Numbered from the stretch's first letter, positions 1 to 10,536 are shown. The stretch: DNA of 64,000 bases from an uncultured Solirubrobacterales bacterium (GCA_963754055.1 CAVWFJ010000018.1:210665-274664), one strand, 5' to 3'. Translations and numbers: made by a program. Notes: a model not told the origin generated them from the sequence alone.

Positions 1-861
1 CATGTTGAGCAGCGGGTTGGAGACGACCTCGAGCTCGGCCTCGACGAGCAGTCCGAGCAGCTTGGCGAAGTAGGCGTTGTCGACCGAGTGCATCGAGGTC
101 AGGTGGCTGCCGGTCACGCGTCCCTGCATGTCGCGCGCGACCGTCTCTTGTGCCAGCACCTCGACGAAGCGCGACAACGGGTCGTCGGTCTCGTCGCAGT
201 GCATGTCGACGCGCAGCCCGCGATTGTGTGCCCGCTCGAGCAGGAGGCGGATGCTGTTGACGCCGTCCTCGCGACTGCGCTCGTAATGGGGGATCCCGCC
301 GACCACGTCGACGCCGAGGTCGAGCGACTCGTCGAGCAGCCGCTCGGCCCCTGGAAAGCGCAGGAAACCGTGCTGTGGGAAGGCCACCAACTGGACGTCG
401 ATCAGCCCGCGCAGCTCCTCGCGCACCTCGACCAGCGCTCGGACTCCGATCAGCGAGTCGTGGCACACGTCCACGTGGCTGCGCAAGTAGAGGATCCCCT
501 GGGAGACGCACCAGCGCAGGTACTCGCGGGCGCGCTCCTGCACCGCGTCTTGCGTCAGCAGCGGCTGGAGCTCGCCCCACAGCGTGATCCCTTCCAGCAA
601 GCTGCCGCTGTGGTTGCGACGCGGTGTGCCCGCGGTGAGCACCGAGTCGAGGTGGAAGTGGCTGTCGACGAACGGTGGCGTTACGAGCCGGCCGCCGGCA
701 TCGATTTCCGTGTTCGCGGCACCCTCGATACGACTCTCGACCGCGGTGATGAGCCCATCCGCCATCGCGATGTCCACCGGCGCGTCCGCGCCGCGCCGCA
801 TCGCCTGGCGGATGATCAGGTCGGGCTTAGCGGCGCCCGCAGCATCCTGTGAGTCGGCCAT
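1..861 (-). CDS. Cytosine deaminase-like metal-dependent amidohydrolase (cytosine/creatinine deaminase family), 3' end outside window
   Basis: Not in ORF track (runs off window). Manual minus-strand translation from ATG at 861: MADSQDAAGAAKPDLIIRQA...PPFVDSHFHLDS...LRSHVDV...QLVAFPQHG...VGGIPHYE...DMHCDETDDP...GRVTGSHLTSMHS; HxH and HCDE metal motifs typical of the CodA family. Confidence 0.88.
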   Translation of the reverse strand, partial: MADSQDAAGAAKPDLIIRQAMRRGADAPVDIAMADGLITAVESRIEGAANTEIDAGGRLVTPPFVDSHFHLDSVLTAGTPRRNHSGSLLEGITLWGELQPLLTQDAVQERAREYLRWCVSQGILYLRSHVDVCHDSLIGVRALVEVREELRGLIDVQLVAFPQHGFLRFPGAERLLDESLDLGVDVVGGIPHYERSREDGVNSIRLLLERAHNRGLRVDMHCDETDDPLSRFVEVLAQETVARDMQGRVTGSHLTSMHSVDNAYFAKLLGLLVEAELEVVSNPLLNM

Positions 862-990
862 CGTCGGCGCATCATATGCACGGGGGCGCGCCCGCGGGGG
901 CCCCGGACCGTCCGGTGCAAGGGGTTGAAATTCAGGGGGCTCTGGCAATAAGCTTCGATTGCATAAACGGATCCAAACCGGGAGAGGTGT

Positions 991-2601
991 ATGTCGGACA
1001 CGACGGATAATCCGGATCCTGCGGGCCCGACCCACGACCACGAGTCGCTGGCCCACGAGGTCGAGGACTATTTGTCCGGGGACATCGAGATCGAGCGCGA
1101 AGCGCTCCATGACTCGGTCGCCCACGACTATTCCACGAGCAGTACGGGCCTGGTCCCGCTCGATAGGCGCCGGCCGATCGGCCACTTCATCGCGCTGTGG
1201 ACGACGTTCGCGGCCGGCTTCTCGTTCCTGTTCGTTGGCACGGAAGTGCATGACTCCGGGTTCACCCTGCTCGGGACGATCGGCGTCACCGCCCTCGGTA
1301 TCGGCATCTACTTCGCCTATGCGATCTTCGCCGCCTACCTCGGGTCTCGGACCGGGCAGACGATGTCGCTGTTGACGCGCTCGATCTTCGGCGTCACCGG
1401 CTCGTACATCGTGTCGGCGCTGGTCTTCCTCGGAGCGCTCGGGTGGGTCGGGTTCCAGGGCAACCTGATGATCCAGATCTGGGACGGCCTCTACAGCTGG
1501 GGCGCGGTCGAGGCGCTGACGATCATCTTCTGCGGACTGATGATCTTCAACAACCTATTCGGCTTCACCGGGATCAGCACCTTCGCCCGGTATGTCGTCA
1601 CGCCGCTGATCATCCTGTGGATCTTGTACTTGGTGATCAAGGGGCTGATCGCCCCGCCGACGTCGCTCAGCGCCCACCCCAAGAACGTCGAAGGCCTCAC
1701 CTTCTGGCAGGTGATCGGCGTCGTGATCGGCTTCGCCATGTGGGGCAATGAGCCCGACGTCTGGCGCTACGGCAAGCCCAGGTTCGCCTGGCCGATCCCG
1801 GCCTTCGCGTTCGCGCTCGGCGTCGGATTCCTCCTCTTCACGGTTGGTGGTTGGATGATGGCCGCGTTCGCGCGCTCGTCGGATTTCGGGGTCGTAGTCC
1901 GCTACGCCACGCACTTCTCGCTATTCGGCGCCCTCTGGCTGTCGTGGTTCCTGGCCACGATCAGCCAGTTCGCGATCAACGACGGCAACTACTACGAGGC
2001 GGTCAACGCGTTCCAGAACATCATCGGCGGCTGGAGCAAGTGGAAGCGGCTATACACGTGCTTCGTGTGCGCGGCGGTCGGCGCGCTCGCCGGGTACCTG
2101 GTCAACTACGTGATCACCAACGGGTTCCTCAAGGTCGCCGCGTTCCTCGCCGTCACGGCGCCGTGCGCGACGACGATCATGGTCGTCGACCACTTCGCCC
2201 TGCCCCGTCTGTTCGGAATCTCGCGGCCGCTGTTGAAGATCCCGAGATGGGGCGACACGGCGGTCGGCAACTGGCCCGCGATCGTCGCGCTGGCGATCTC
2301 GGTGCTGTTCGGTGCCTGGGCGACCGGCATCGTGCCGGGCGAGAACCCCAACCGTTACTGGGGACCGGGGCCGCTGGAGGCGTGGGCGATGGCCGCCGTG
2401 CTCTACGTCGTGTTCGTCGCGATCACGCGTGTCGTGGTGCCCAAGGCGTTGCCGCTCAAGCAAACGCTCGGTTTCTCTGCGCTCGTGGTTGACGAGCCGC
2501 TGCCGAGCTACGCGATCGTCGACATCGCCACTCAGGCGGAGCAGAAGGCCCAGCAGGCAGCGCCGCTCAAGCCGTCCCTGGCCACCGCGGACGGATCGTA
2601 G
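991..2601 (+). CDS. Purine/cytosine permease (NCS1 family)
   Basis: 536 aa, about 12 hydrophobic segments, GSRTGQTMSLLTRSIFG and EPDVWRY motifs; GGAGAGG RBS upstream. Confidence 0.85.
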   Translation: MSDTTDNPDPAGPTHDHESLAHEVEDYLSGDIEIEREALHDSVAHDYSTSSTGLVPLDRRRPIGHFIALWTTFAAGFSFLFVGTEVHDSGFTLLGTIGVTALGIGIYFAYAIFAAYLGSRTGQTMSLLTRSIFGVTGSYIVSALVFLGALGWVGFQGNLMIQIWDGLYSWGAVEALTIIFCGLMIFNNLFGFTGISTFARYVVTPLIILWILYLVIKGLIAPPTSLSAHPKNVEGLTFWQVIGVVIGFAMWGNEPDVWRYGKPRFAWPIPAFAFALGVGFLLFTVGGWMMAAFARSSDFGVVVRYATHFSLFGALWLSWFLATISQFAINDGNYYEAVNAFQNIIGGWSKWKRLYTCFVCAAVGALAGYLVNYVITNGFLKVAAFLAVTAPCATTIMVVDHFALPRLFGISRPLLKIPRWGDTAVGNWPAIVALAISVLFGAWATGIVPGENPNRYWGPGPLEAWAMAAVLYVVFVAITRVVVPKALPLKQTLGFSALVVDEPLPSYAIVDIATQAEQKAQQAAPLKPSLATADGS

Positions 2602-2608
2602 TGGCCCT

Positions 2609-4690
2609 CTGAGCTACCGGATCGCCGTCGACACAGGCGGGACCTTCACCGACGTCGTCGTGACCGACGAGGCCGGCGGTGAGCTGTGGGTGAGCAAGGC
2701 GCCCACGACGCCCGAGCGAGTGTTCGACGGGATCGCGGAGGCGCTGCGCTACGGCGCCGCCCAGCACGAGCTGACGCTCGAGGGGCTCCTGGCCGAAACC
2801 TCGGTGTTCATCTACGGCACGACGCAGGCCACCAATGCGATCGTCACCGGCTCGACCGCGCGCACCGCGTTCCTGACCACCGAGGGACATCCGGACACGC
2901 TGGTCCTGCGCGAGGGCGGCAAGCTCAACCCGTTCGACTTCCGCCATTCCTACCCGGCGCCGTATGTGCCCCGGCGGCTGACGTTCGAGGTCCGGGAGCG
3001 GATCGACTCCGAAGGTCGGGTGACCGTCCCGCTGGACGAGGCGGCCGTTCTGGAGACGCTGACCCGTGTCCGCGAGCTCGAGGTGGCGGCGATCGCCGTC
3101 TGCCTGCTGTGGTCGATCGTCAACCCGGTACACGAGGAACGCGTCGGCGAGCTGGTGGCGGAGCAACTGCCGGGCGTGCCGTACACGCTCTCGCACCGCC
3201 TGAACCCGATCATCCGCGAGTACCGTCGCGCCTCATCGACCGCGATCGACGCCTCGCTGAAACCGCTCATGCAACGTCACCTCGACGAGATGGCGGTCGA
3301 TCTCCGCCACGCCGGGTTCGGCGGCGAGCTGCTGGTCGGGACCTCGTTCGGCGGCGTGCTGACGGTCGCCGACGTCGCCAGCCGCCCCGTCTACTCGGTC
3401 AACTCGGCGCCGGCCATGGCGCCCGTGGCCGCCCGCGTGTACGCCCCCGAAGAGCGCAACGTGATCGTGTGCGACATGGGTGGGACGAGCTTCGACGTCA
3501 GCCTGGTCCGCGACGGCTACATCAAGTTCACGCGCGAGACTTGGCTCGGCGGCCAGTTCACCGGACATATGACAGGCCTGTCGGCCGTCGACATCAAGAA
3601 CATCGGCGCCGGCGGGGGCAGCATTGCCTGGATCGACCCCGGCGGCCTGCTGCGCGTCGGCCCGCAGAGCGCGGGCGCGCAACCGGGGCCGGCGTGCTAT
3701 TCGATGGGCGGGACACGGCCCACGGTGACCGACGCGGCGCTGATGCTCGGCTACATCGACCCCGACTACTTCCTCGCCGGGCGGATGCAGCTGTCCGCCG
3801 ACGCCGCGCGTGACGTGCTGGCACGCGAGATCGGCGAGCCGCTCGGCATGGACGTCGAGAACGCGGCTCACGCCGTGCTGACGATCGCCAACGAGCACAT
3901 GGTGGGGGCGATCAGGGACATCACGATCAACGAGGGATTCGACCCCCGCGGGTCGCTCGTCGTCGCGGGCGGCGGCGCCGGCGGGATGACGATGGGCCGG
4001 ATCGCCGAGGAACTCGGCTGCGATCGGGTGCTCGTGCCGCGCACGGCGGGCACGCTGTCGGCGTGCGGCGGACTGTTCTCCGACATCGTGACCGAGTTCA
4101 GCATCAGCCAGCGCGCCGACACCAACCGCTTCGACCACGCGTCGGTCAACCGCGGGCTCGCGCGCCTGGCCGAACAGATCGAGGAATTCTTCGCCCGGCT
4201 GCAGACGCCGGCCGACGCGCGCACGAGCGAGTTCTTCGTCGAGGCGCGCTACCCATACCAGGTGTGGGAGCTCGAAGTGCCGTTGGCCGCGGGCCACTTT
4301 GAGGGGGCCGAAGATGTCGAGGCGATGGTGGAGGCGTTCCATCGCGTCCACGAGCGCGTGTTCGCGGTCAGCGAGCCAGGCCAGTACGTCGAGTGCATCT
4401 ACTGGAAGGGACGGGCGACGGCGCGCCTGCCGAAGCCCTCGCTGTCCCTGGCGGCGAGGGACGGGGCCTGCACCCCGGAGCCCGTGACAGCGCGGCGGGC
4501 GTGGTTCGGAACCCAAGGCGGTCTGGACACCGGCTGCTATCGGGCCGAGGCGATGTCCGCCGGTCACACGCTCGACGGCCCGGCGATCATCGAGGAGCCG
4601 ACGACGACGGTGGTCGTCTACCCGGGCTGGGCCGCCGCCGTCACCGACACGGGTGACTACCTGATGAGCCGAAAGGATGGTGCACAGTGA
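2609..4690 (+). CDS. Hydantoinase/oxoprolinase subunit A (N-methylhydantoinase A-like)
   Basis: SYRIAVDTGGTFTD, DMGGTSFDVS, GAGGGSIA and GPQSAGA motifs; start placed at CTG 2609 because the longer ORF overlaps the permease. Confidence 0.88.
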   Translation: MSYRIAVDTGGTFTDVVVTDEAGGELWVSKAPTTPERVFDGIAEALRYGAAQHELTLEGLLAETSVFIYGTTQATNAIVTGSTARTAFLTTEGHPDTLVLREGGKLNPFDFRHSYPAPYVPRRLTFEVRERIDSEGRVTVPLDEAAVLETLTRVRELEVAAIAVCLLWSIVNPVHEERVGELVAEQLPGVPYTLSHRLNPIIREYRRASSTAIDASLKPLMQRHLDEMAVDLRHAGFGGELLVGTSFGGVLTVADVASRPVYSVNSAPAMAPVAARVYAPEERNVIVCDMGGTSFDVSLVRDGYIKFTRETWLGGQFTGHMTGLSAVDIKNIGAGGGSIAWIDPGGLLRVGPQSAGAQPGPACYSMGGTRPTVTDAALMLGYIDPDYFLAGRMQLSADAARDVLAREIGEPLGMDVENAAHAVLTIANEHMVGAIRDITINEGFDPRGSLVVAGGGAGGMTMGRIAEELGCDRVLVPRTAGTLSACGGLFSDIVTEFSISQRADTNRFDHASVNRGLARLAEQIEEFFARLQTPADARTSEFFVEARYPYQVWELEVPLAAGHFEGAEDVEAMVEAFHRVHERVFAVSEPGQYVECIYWKGRATARLPKPSLSLAARDGACTPEPVTARRAWFGTQGGLDTGCYRAEAMSAGHTLDGPAIIEEPTTTVVVYPGWAAAVTDTGDYLMSRKDGAQ

Positions 4691-6468
4691 CAGCTCCCGC
4701 GACCTCGTTCGACCCGGTCCTGCTCGCCGTGCTCGGCAATCGGTTCGAGAACATCGTGCGCGAGATGACCAACACGCTGCTCCGTTCCGGCCGCTCCGCC
4801 GTGCTCAACATGGCGCGCGACTTCTCCTGCTCGCTGATCACCGCCGACAACGAGCTGCTCGCCTCGGCCGAGGGTCTTCCCGTGCACGTCATCGGCACCG
4901 AGTTCCTGGCCGAGGCGATGACCGAGCTGCAACCGGACTTCGCCGACGGGGACGCGTTCCTGCACAACGACCCCTACATCGGCAACACCCACCCGGCCGA
5001 TCACGCGATCCTCGTCCCGGTGTTCTTCGAGGGCAAGCACATGTTCACCGCGTGCGCGAAGTCACACCAGGCCGACTGCGGCAACGCGCTCCCGACGACG
5101 TACATGCCCGGCGCGCGTGACGTCTACGCGGAAGGGGCGCTGATCTTCCCCTGCGTGCGCGTCCAGCGCGACCGGCGCGACGTCGAGGACATCATCCGTA
5201 TGTGCCGGCGGCGCATCCGCGTCCCGGACCAGTGGTACGGCGATTACCTGGCCACGCTCGGGGCCGCCCGGATCGGCGAACGACGGCTGAAAGAGCTCTG
5301 CCAGCAGTACGGCGCCGATACCGTGCAGGACTTCATCCGAGAGTGGTTTGACTACAGCGAGCGGCGGATGTCCGAGGCGGTCGGCCGGCTCCCCGCCGGG
5401 GAGCTGACCGGGCGCGCGACTCACGACCCGTACCCGGGTGTTCCCAATGGGGTGCCGCTCACGGTCAAGGTGGCGATCGATCCGGACCAGGGGACGATCG
5501 AGCTCGACCTCCGCGACAACCCCGACAACTACGCCGGCGGCCTCAACGAGTCTCGCGCGTGCGCGACGAACAACGTCATCACCGGGGTGTTCAACTCGAT
5601 CGACCCCGATGTGCCCCACAACGCGGGCAGCTTCCGCCGCATCAACGTGATCCTGCGCGACGGCTGCATCGCCGGCAACCCCCGCTTTCCCCACTCGTGC
5701 TCGATGGCGACGACCAATATCGCCGATCGGTTGGTGTGCCTCACCCAGGCCGCCTTCGCCGAGCTGGGCGAGGGGTTCGGGCTCGCCGAGGGCGCGCTGG
5801 GGATGGGGATCTCCTACGCGGTGATCTCAGGCGAGGATTCCCGCCTCGACGGTGCGCCCTACGTCAACCAGATCTTCCTCGGCAGCACCGGCGGCCCCGG
5901 CGGTCCCTCCGCCGACGGCTGGCCGACCTACTACCTGCCCGTCGCGGCCTCGCTCATGTACCACGACAGCACCGAAGTGGACGAGCAGAAGTACCCGATC
6001 CACGTCCACGTGAAGCGGCTGATCGCCGACTCCGATGGCCCGGGCCGCCACCGCGGCGCCCTCGGCTCGGAGGTCGTCTACGGACCCAAGGATCTGCCGA
6101 TGATGATCGCCTACACGTTCGAAGGCCACGAGAACCCGGCGCGCGGCGTCCGCGGCGGAGGCACCGGCGCCCCCTCGGACGGGTGGAAGATCGACGGCGC
6201 CGGCAACCGGGTGGACATTCCGATGGCGTCGGCGATGGAGATCGCGCCCGGCGAGCGCGTCCTCTCGCGCACCGGCGGTGGCGGGGGTTACGGCGATCCG
6301 CTCACCCGCGATCCCGAGACCGTGGCCGACGACGTGCGCGAGGGGTGGGTCTCGCGCGAACGGGCGCTCGAGGTGTACGGCGTCGTTCTGGCGGAGGCCT
6401 CGGAGCCCGAGCCGGGGTGGTTGGTGGTCGACGAGACGGCTACCCGGGCGGAGCGGGGCGGCCGCTGA
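4687..6468 (+). CDS. Hydantoinase B/oxoprolinase family protein
   Basis: HNDPYIGNTHPAD, HQADCG and GGGGGYGDP motifs; 4-nt overlap with subunit A. Confidence 0.9.
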   Translation: MTAPATSFDPVLLAVLGNRFENIVREMTNTLLRSGRSAVLNMARDFSCSLITADNELLASAEGLPVHVIGTEFLAEAMTELQPDFADGDAFLHNDPYIGNTHPADHAILVPVFFEGKHMFTACAKSHQADCGNALPTTYMPGARDVYAEGALIFPCVRVQRDRRDVEDIIRMCRRRIRVPDQWYGDYLATLGAARIGERRLKELCQQYGADTVQDFIREWFDYSERRMSEAVGRLPAGELTGRATHDPYPGVPNGVPLTVKVAIDPDQGTIELDLRDNPDNYAGGLNESRACATNNVITGVFNSIDPDVPHNAGSFRRINVILRDGCIAGNPRFPHSCSMATTNIADRLVCLTQAAFAELGEGFGLAEGALGMGISYAVISGEDSRLDGAPYVNQIFLGSTGGPGGPSADGWPTYYLPVAASLMYHDSTEVDEQKYPIHVHVKRLIADSDGPGRHRGALGSEVVYGPKDLPMMIAYTFEGHENPARGVRGGGTGAPSDGWKIDGAGNRVDIPMASAMEIAPGERVLSRTGGGGGYGDPLTRDPETVADDVREGWVSRERALEVYGVVLAEASEPEPGWLVVDETATRAERGGR

Positions 6469-6571
6469 GCTAGGTGGCTCGGTTGGGGTGCGATTGGAGG
6501 GCGCTTTGAGCGAGCGCCTTGGCAAAAAGTGACAACGAGCGGATCGGCCCTCGGCTGGCTCCGTGCCTGAG

Positions 6572-6614
6572 CTTTGCCATTTTCCCGCCACCCCTCGGCG
6601 GAAAAGTGGCAAAG
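6572..6614. terminator. Stem-loop between convergent genes (possible bidirectional terminator)
   Basis: ctttgccattttcccgcc / ggcggaaaagtggcaaag 18-bp imperfect inverted repeat, 7-nt loop. Confidence 0.45.
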
Positions 6615-6860
6615 TTCGCCACCAACCCTACGTCTAGCTGCGATGAGGCCCGGGGCGGAGCCGGTCGAAGCCCGGATCCGGGCGGCGACGGAGTCTTTGG
6701 GACAGAATTCTTTGTAACTTACTGACAAATTTCTCCGGACAACTGCCCGTCAACGCCATCGCGACCCGCGGCAGTGCCGGAGCGGTGGCTCACCACCCCG
6801 TCCCCAGCCAAAAGGCCGCCCAACCCGCCACCGCGCAACCCGGCAGCGCCGCCGCGGAAG

Positions 6861-8123
6861 CTAAGAGACCCCGGCAGCGAGCTGCTCGGCGACGCGCCCG
6901 GCGAGCAGATCGAGTGCCGCGACGCCCTGCTCGATGTGCTCCCGCCGGCTGTCCTCGATCCGGTTGTGGGAGATCCCTCCGAGGCTCTGCACGAACAACA
7001 TCACGGTGGGAACCCCGGCGCGCGCAACCATCACCGCGTCGTGAAGCGCCCCGCTCGGCAGCTGCCGACACGCGCCCGTGACGGCCTCGACCGACTCACA
7101 CGCCAACGAAATCAGCCGCGCGTCGAAGGCCACCGGGGCGGTTTGCAGGATCGTGGTCCACACCACCGACGCGCCCTCGGAACCCGCCGCCGACCGGGCG
7201 GCCGCAAACGCGCCGTCGAGCATCTGCGCCAGCCGGTCGGCGTCGTGGTGGCGCTGATCGAGCATCAGCGTGACGGTGGCGGGAATCGCGGTTGGGATCC
7301 CGGGGGCGGCCTGGATCTCGCCCACGGTGGCCACGCCGCCGGCCTGGACCGCGCCGTCACGGACGGCGAGCACGAGTTGTGCGGCGGCGAGCAGCGGATC
7401 GTGGCGCAGGCGCATGGGCGTGGAACCGGAGTGGGCCGTCTGTCCCTCGAAGCGGAAGCGGTGGCGTTCGACGCCGTACACCGCGTCGACCACGCCCAGC
7501 GCGAGACCGGCGTCCTCGAGCACCGGGCCCTGCTCGATGTGCATCTCCAGATACGCGCCCACGTCGCCGAGGCGGTCCGAGGCGTTCGGAGCGTCGTCGA
7601 GCGTGACGCCGTGGGCCGAGAGGACCGAAGGCAACGGCGCTCCGTCGGCGTCGGTCAGGTCGCGGACCGAGTCCGGGTCGAGCAAACCGGCGGCGGCGCT
7701 CGAGCCGAACAAGCTGCGACCGAACCTGGCCCCCTCCTCGTCGGCCCAGTCGACGAGCTGAACCGTGACCGGCGGCTGCGGCCCGTCAGCGAAGGCACGC
7801 AGCACCTCGAGCGCCGACACTACCCCGAGGGCGCCATCGAGCCAGCCCCCGTTCGGCACCGAATCCAAGTGGCTGCCGACCGTCAGCGTCGTGGTGCCGC
7901 GGCCGGCCAGGGTCGCCCACGTGTTCCCCGCCTCGTCGGTGTCGATCGTCACCGGCAGCTGTTCCAGCTCGCCTCTCAGCCACGCACGGGCGCGGGTCCA
8001 CGGCTCCGTCCAGGCCACTCGCTGCGCGCCGGCTTCCGTCGCCGATATGTCACGCACGTGTTCGAGTTCAGAGACAACTCGCTTGGGATCCGCACGCCTG
8101 CGCCCGACGGTGCCCGTGTTCAC
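6861..8123 (-). CDS. Zn-dependent M20 hydrolase (allantoate amidohydrolase / N-carbamoyl-amino-acid hydrolase family)
   Basis: GSHLDSVPNGGWLDGALG, DEEGARFG, EMHIEQGP, AHSGSTPM, SGALHDA motifs. Confidence 0.88.
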   Translation of the reverse strand: MNTGTVGRRRADPKRVVSELEHVRDISATEAGAQRVAWTEPWTRARAWLRGELEQLPVTIDTDEAGNTWATLAGRGTTTLTVGSHLDSVPNGGWLDGALGVVSALEVLRAFADGPQPPVTVQLVDWADEEGARFGRSLFGSSAAAGLLDPDSVRDLTDADGAPLPSVLSAHGVTLDDAPNASDRLGDVGAYLEMHIEQGPVLEDAGLALGVVDAVYGVERHRFRFEGQTAHSGSTPMRLRHDPLLAAAQLVLAVRDGAVQAGGVATVGEIQAAPGIPTAIPATVTLMLDQRHHDADRLAQMLDGAFAAARSAAGSEGASVVWTTILQTAPVAFDARLISLACESVEAVTGACRQLPSGALHDAVMVARAGVPTVMLFVQSLGGISHNRIEDSRREHIEQGVAALDLLAGRVAEQLAAGVS

Positions 8124-8148
8124 TGGCGCACTAGCCTATCGCTACCGT

Positions 8149-9555
8149 ATGGCAATGGACCCAACGCACGAGCAACTTCAACAGTCAGCACGCGAGCACC
8201 TGCTGCTGCATTTCACCCGCAACGGGGCCACGGTCTCCGAGGGCAAGGACCTGCTGGTCATCGAGCGCGGCGAAGGGCCGTACGTGTTCGACACGCTCGG
8301 TCGCCGTCATATCGACGCGTTGTCGAGCCTGTTCTGTGCCCAGATCGGTTACTCGTACGGAGAGGAGATGGTGTCAGCCATCGCCGCGCAGCTCGGCAAG
8401 TTGGCCTTTAACACCAACTGGGGCACGGCGCACCCGGCGTCGATCGAGCTGGCCGAGCGGCTGGCGACGGTGATGCCCGGCGATCTGAACCGGGTGTTTT
8501 TCACTTCCGGCGGCTCGGAGGCCGTCGAGTCGGCGTGGAAGATCGTCCGGGAGCACTTCGAGGCGATCGGTCAGCCCCAGCGGCGCAAGGCGGTCGCGCG
8601 CAAGATCGCCTACCACGGCTCAACCCTGGGCGCGCTGGCGCTCACCGGCGTCGAGCCGATGAAGGAGCCATTCGGACCACCGCCGATCGAGGTCGTCCGC
8701 GTCTCCAACACCAACGCGTTTCGCGCGGTCGACGGCGACGATCCCGAAGGGTTCGCCGCCCGGTTGCTGGCCGAGATCCGCGGCTCGATCGAGGCCGCTG
8801 GACCCGACGAGGTCGCGATGATCATCGCCGAGCCGGTGCAGAACGCGGGCGGCTGCCTCGTCGCGCCCCCGGGGTACTGGGCGGGGCTGCGAGAGCTGGC
8901 CGACGAATTCGGCGCGCTGCTGGTCTCCGACGAGGTCATCTGCGGCTTCGGCCGCCTCGGCGAATGGCTCGGGGTCGAGCGCGAGGGCGTCGTGCCCGAT
9001 CTGGCCACCGTGGCCAAGGGATTGACCTCGGCCTACGCGCCGATGGGGGCCGTGTTCGTGTCCGACCGGGTGGCCGAACCGCTGTTCGCCCCCGGCCGCA
9101 CGCTCCGTCACGGTCTGACCTTCGGCGGCCATCCGCTCGCCTCGGCGGTCGCGTTGAAGAACCTCGAGATCTTCCAGCGCGATGGGGTGCTCGACAACGT
9201 TCGCCGTAACGAGTCGCACCTCGGCGCGCGGATGCAAGAGCTGGGCGCTCTCCCGATCGTCGGCGACGTCCGCGGCCGCGGCTACTTCTGGGCCGTGGAG
9301 CTCGTCAAGGACGAGGAGGGCACGCCGTTCGAGGCGGACGAGCGCGAACGGCTGTTGCGTGGCTACTTGCCCGGGCGGCTGCTCGAGGCCGGGTTGATCG
9401 CGCGCGCCGACGATCGCGGCGACAGCGTGCTCCAGATCGCGCCGCCCCTGATCGCGGATGCCGCCGTGCTCGACGCGATCGTCGACGGGCTCCACGACGT
9501 GCTGCTCGACGCCGGGCGGTACATGGAGTTGCCCGCGGCGGTCGAGTCCGTCTGA
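8149..9555 (+). CDS. Class III PLP-dependent aminotransferase (omega-amino acid/polyamine type)
   Basis: FFTSGGSEA, YHGST, EPVQNAGG, DEVICGFGR, AKG (PLP lysine); start moved to ATG 8149. Confidence 0.9.
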   Translation: MAMDPTHEQLQQSAREHLLLHFTRNGATVSEGKDLLVIERGEGPYVFDTLGRRHIDALSSLFCAQIGYSYGEEMVSAIAAQLGKLAFNTNWGTAHPASIELAERLATVMPGDLNRVFFTSGGSEAVESAWKIVREHFEAIGQPQRRKAVARKIAYHGSTLGALALTGVEPMKEPFGPPPIEVVRVSNTNAFRAVDGDDPEGFAARLLAEIRGSIEAAGPDEVAMIIAEPVQNAGGCLVAPPGYWAGLRELADEFGALLVSDEVICGFGRLGEWLGVEREGVVPDLATVAKGLTSAYAPMGAVFVSDRVAEPLFAPGRTLRHGLTFGGHPLASAVALKNLEIFQRDGVLDNVRRNESHLGARMQELGALPIVGDVRGRGYFWAVELVKDEEGTPFEADERERLLRGYLPGRLLEAGLIARADDRGDSVLQIAPPLIADAAVLDAIVDGLHDVLLDAGRYMELPAAVESV

Positions 9556-9565
9556 GCGTCGCGCG

Positions 9566-10513
9566 CTAGCCGCGCAGGCTGAGGACGAGCAGCCCGATCA
9601 GCTCGTAACCGACGTTGGCCGCCGCCACGGCGGTGGATCCCGTGGGGTCGTACGGCGGCGAGACCTCGACGACGTCCGCCGCGGCCAGGTTGACGCGTGA
9701 GGCCAACCCCCGCAACATCGCGAGCAGCTCGCGGCTCGTGAGCCCGCCCGCCTCCGGCGTCCCGGTGCCGGGGGCGAACGCCGGGTCGAGGCAGTCGACG
9801 TCGACCGTGATGTAGGTAGGCGATTTCAGTCGTGAGAGCGCCAACTCGACCGCGCCATCGACGCCGACGCGGTCGAAGTCGCGGGCCAGCACCGTGGTGA
9901 AGCCGAGCTCGGCGTTTTCGCCGTAGTCGCCGGCGTTATACAGCGAGCCCCGCAAGCCGATCTGAACCGAGCTCGTGCCGTCGACGATGCCCTCCTCCAC
10001 GGCCCGGCGAAAGATCGTGCCGTGCGTCACCTTGGAACCGTAATAGGAGTCCCAGGTGTCGGTGTGGGCGTCGAACTGGAGCAGCGACAACCGCCCGTGG
10101 GTCGCCGCGGCCGCGCGCAGCAGCGGCAGCGAGACCGAGTGATCTCCGCCCAGACCGAGCACGCGTGCGCCCTGTCGGTAGAGCGAGGCGGCGTGGTCCT
10201 CGATCGTCTTGTGCGCCTGAATCACGTCCACCGGGCTGGGTCCCGCGTCGCCGGCATCGACGACCTGGCGCTCGGCGAACGGCGACAGGTCGAGCGCCTC
10301 GTTGTAGGGCCGCAGCAACAGCGACGCTTCCCGGATCCCGGCCGGCCCGTAGCGCGCGCCGGCTCTGAACGTCGTGGCTCCGTCGAACGGCGCGCCGAGG
10401 ATCGCCACGTCGGCTCGTCCGACCTGCTCCAACGTGGGCAGACGGGCAAACGTGCGCAGCCCGGCGAACCGGGGGACCACGGTGGCATCGACCTGCGGGA
10501 CCGGGTCTGGCAT
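9566..10513 (-). CDS. speB: Agmatinase (ureohydrolase family)
   Basis: GGDHS, DAHTD, DVDCLDPAFAPGTGTPEAGG motifs; start at ATG 10513 (MPDPVPQVDA). Confidence 0.88.
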   Translation of the reverse strand: MPDPVPQVDATVVPRFAGLRTFARLPTLEQVGRADVAILGAPFDGATTFRAGARYGPAGIREASLLLRPYNEALDLSPFAERQVVDAGDAGPSPVDVIQAHKTIEDHAASLYRQGARVLGLGGDHSVSLPLLRAAAATHGRLSLLQFDAHTDTWDSYYGSKVTHGTIFRRAVEEGIVDGTSSVQIGLRGSLYNAGDYGENAELGFTTVLARDFDRVGVDGAVELALSRLKSPTYITVDVDCLDPAFAPGTGTPEAGGLTSRELLAMLRGLASRVNLAAADVVEVSPPYDPTGSTAVAAANVGYELIGLLVLSLRG

Positions 10514-10536
10514 CTCGCGTCCACCTACCTTTCCGT

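Noticed and set aside
88-852. 254-aa plus-strand ORF
   Set aside because: Antisense shadow of the minus-strand deaminase, which carries the recognisable motifs
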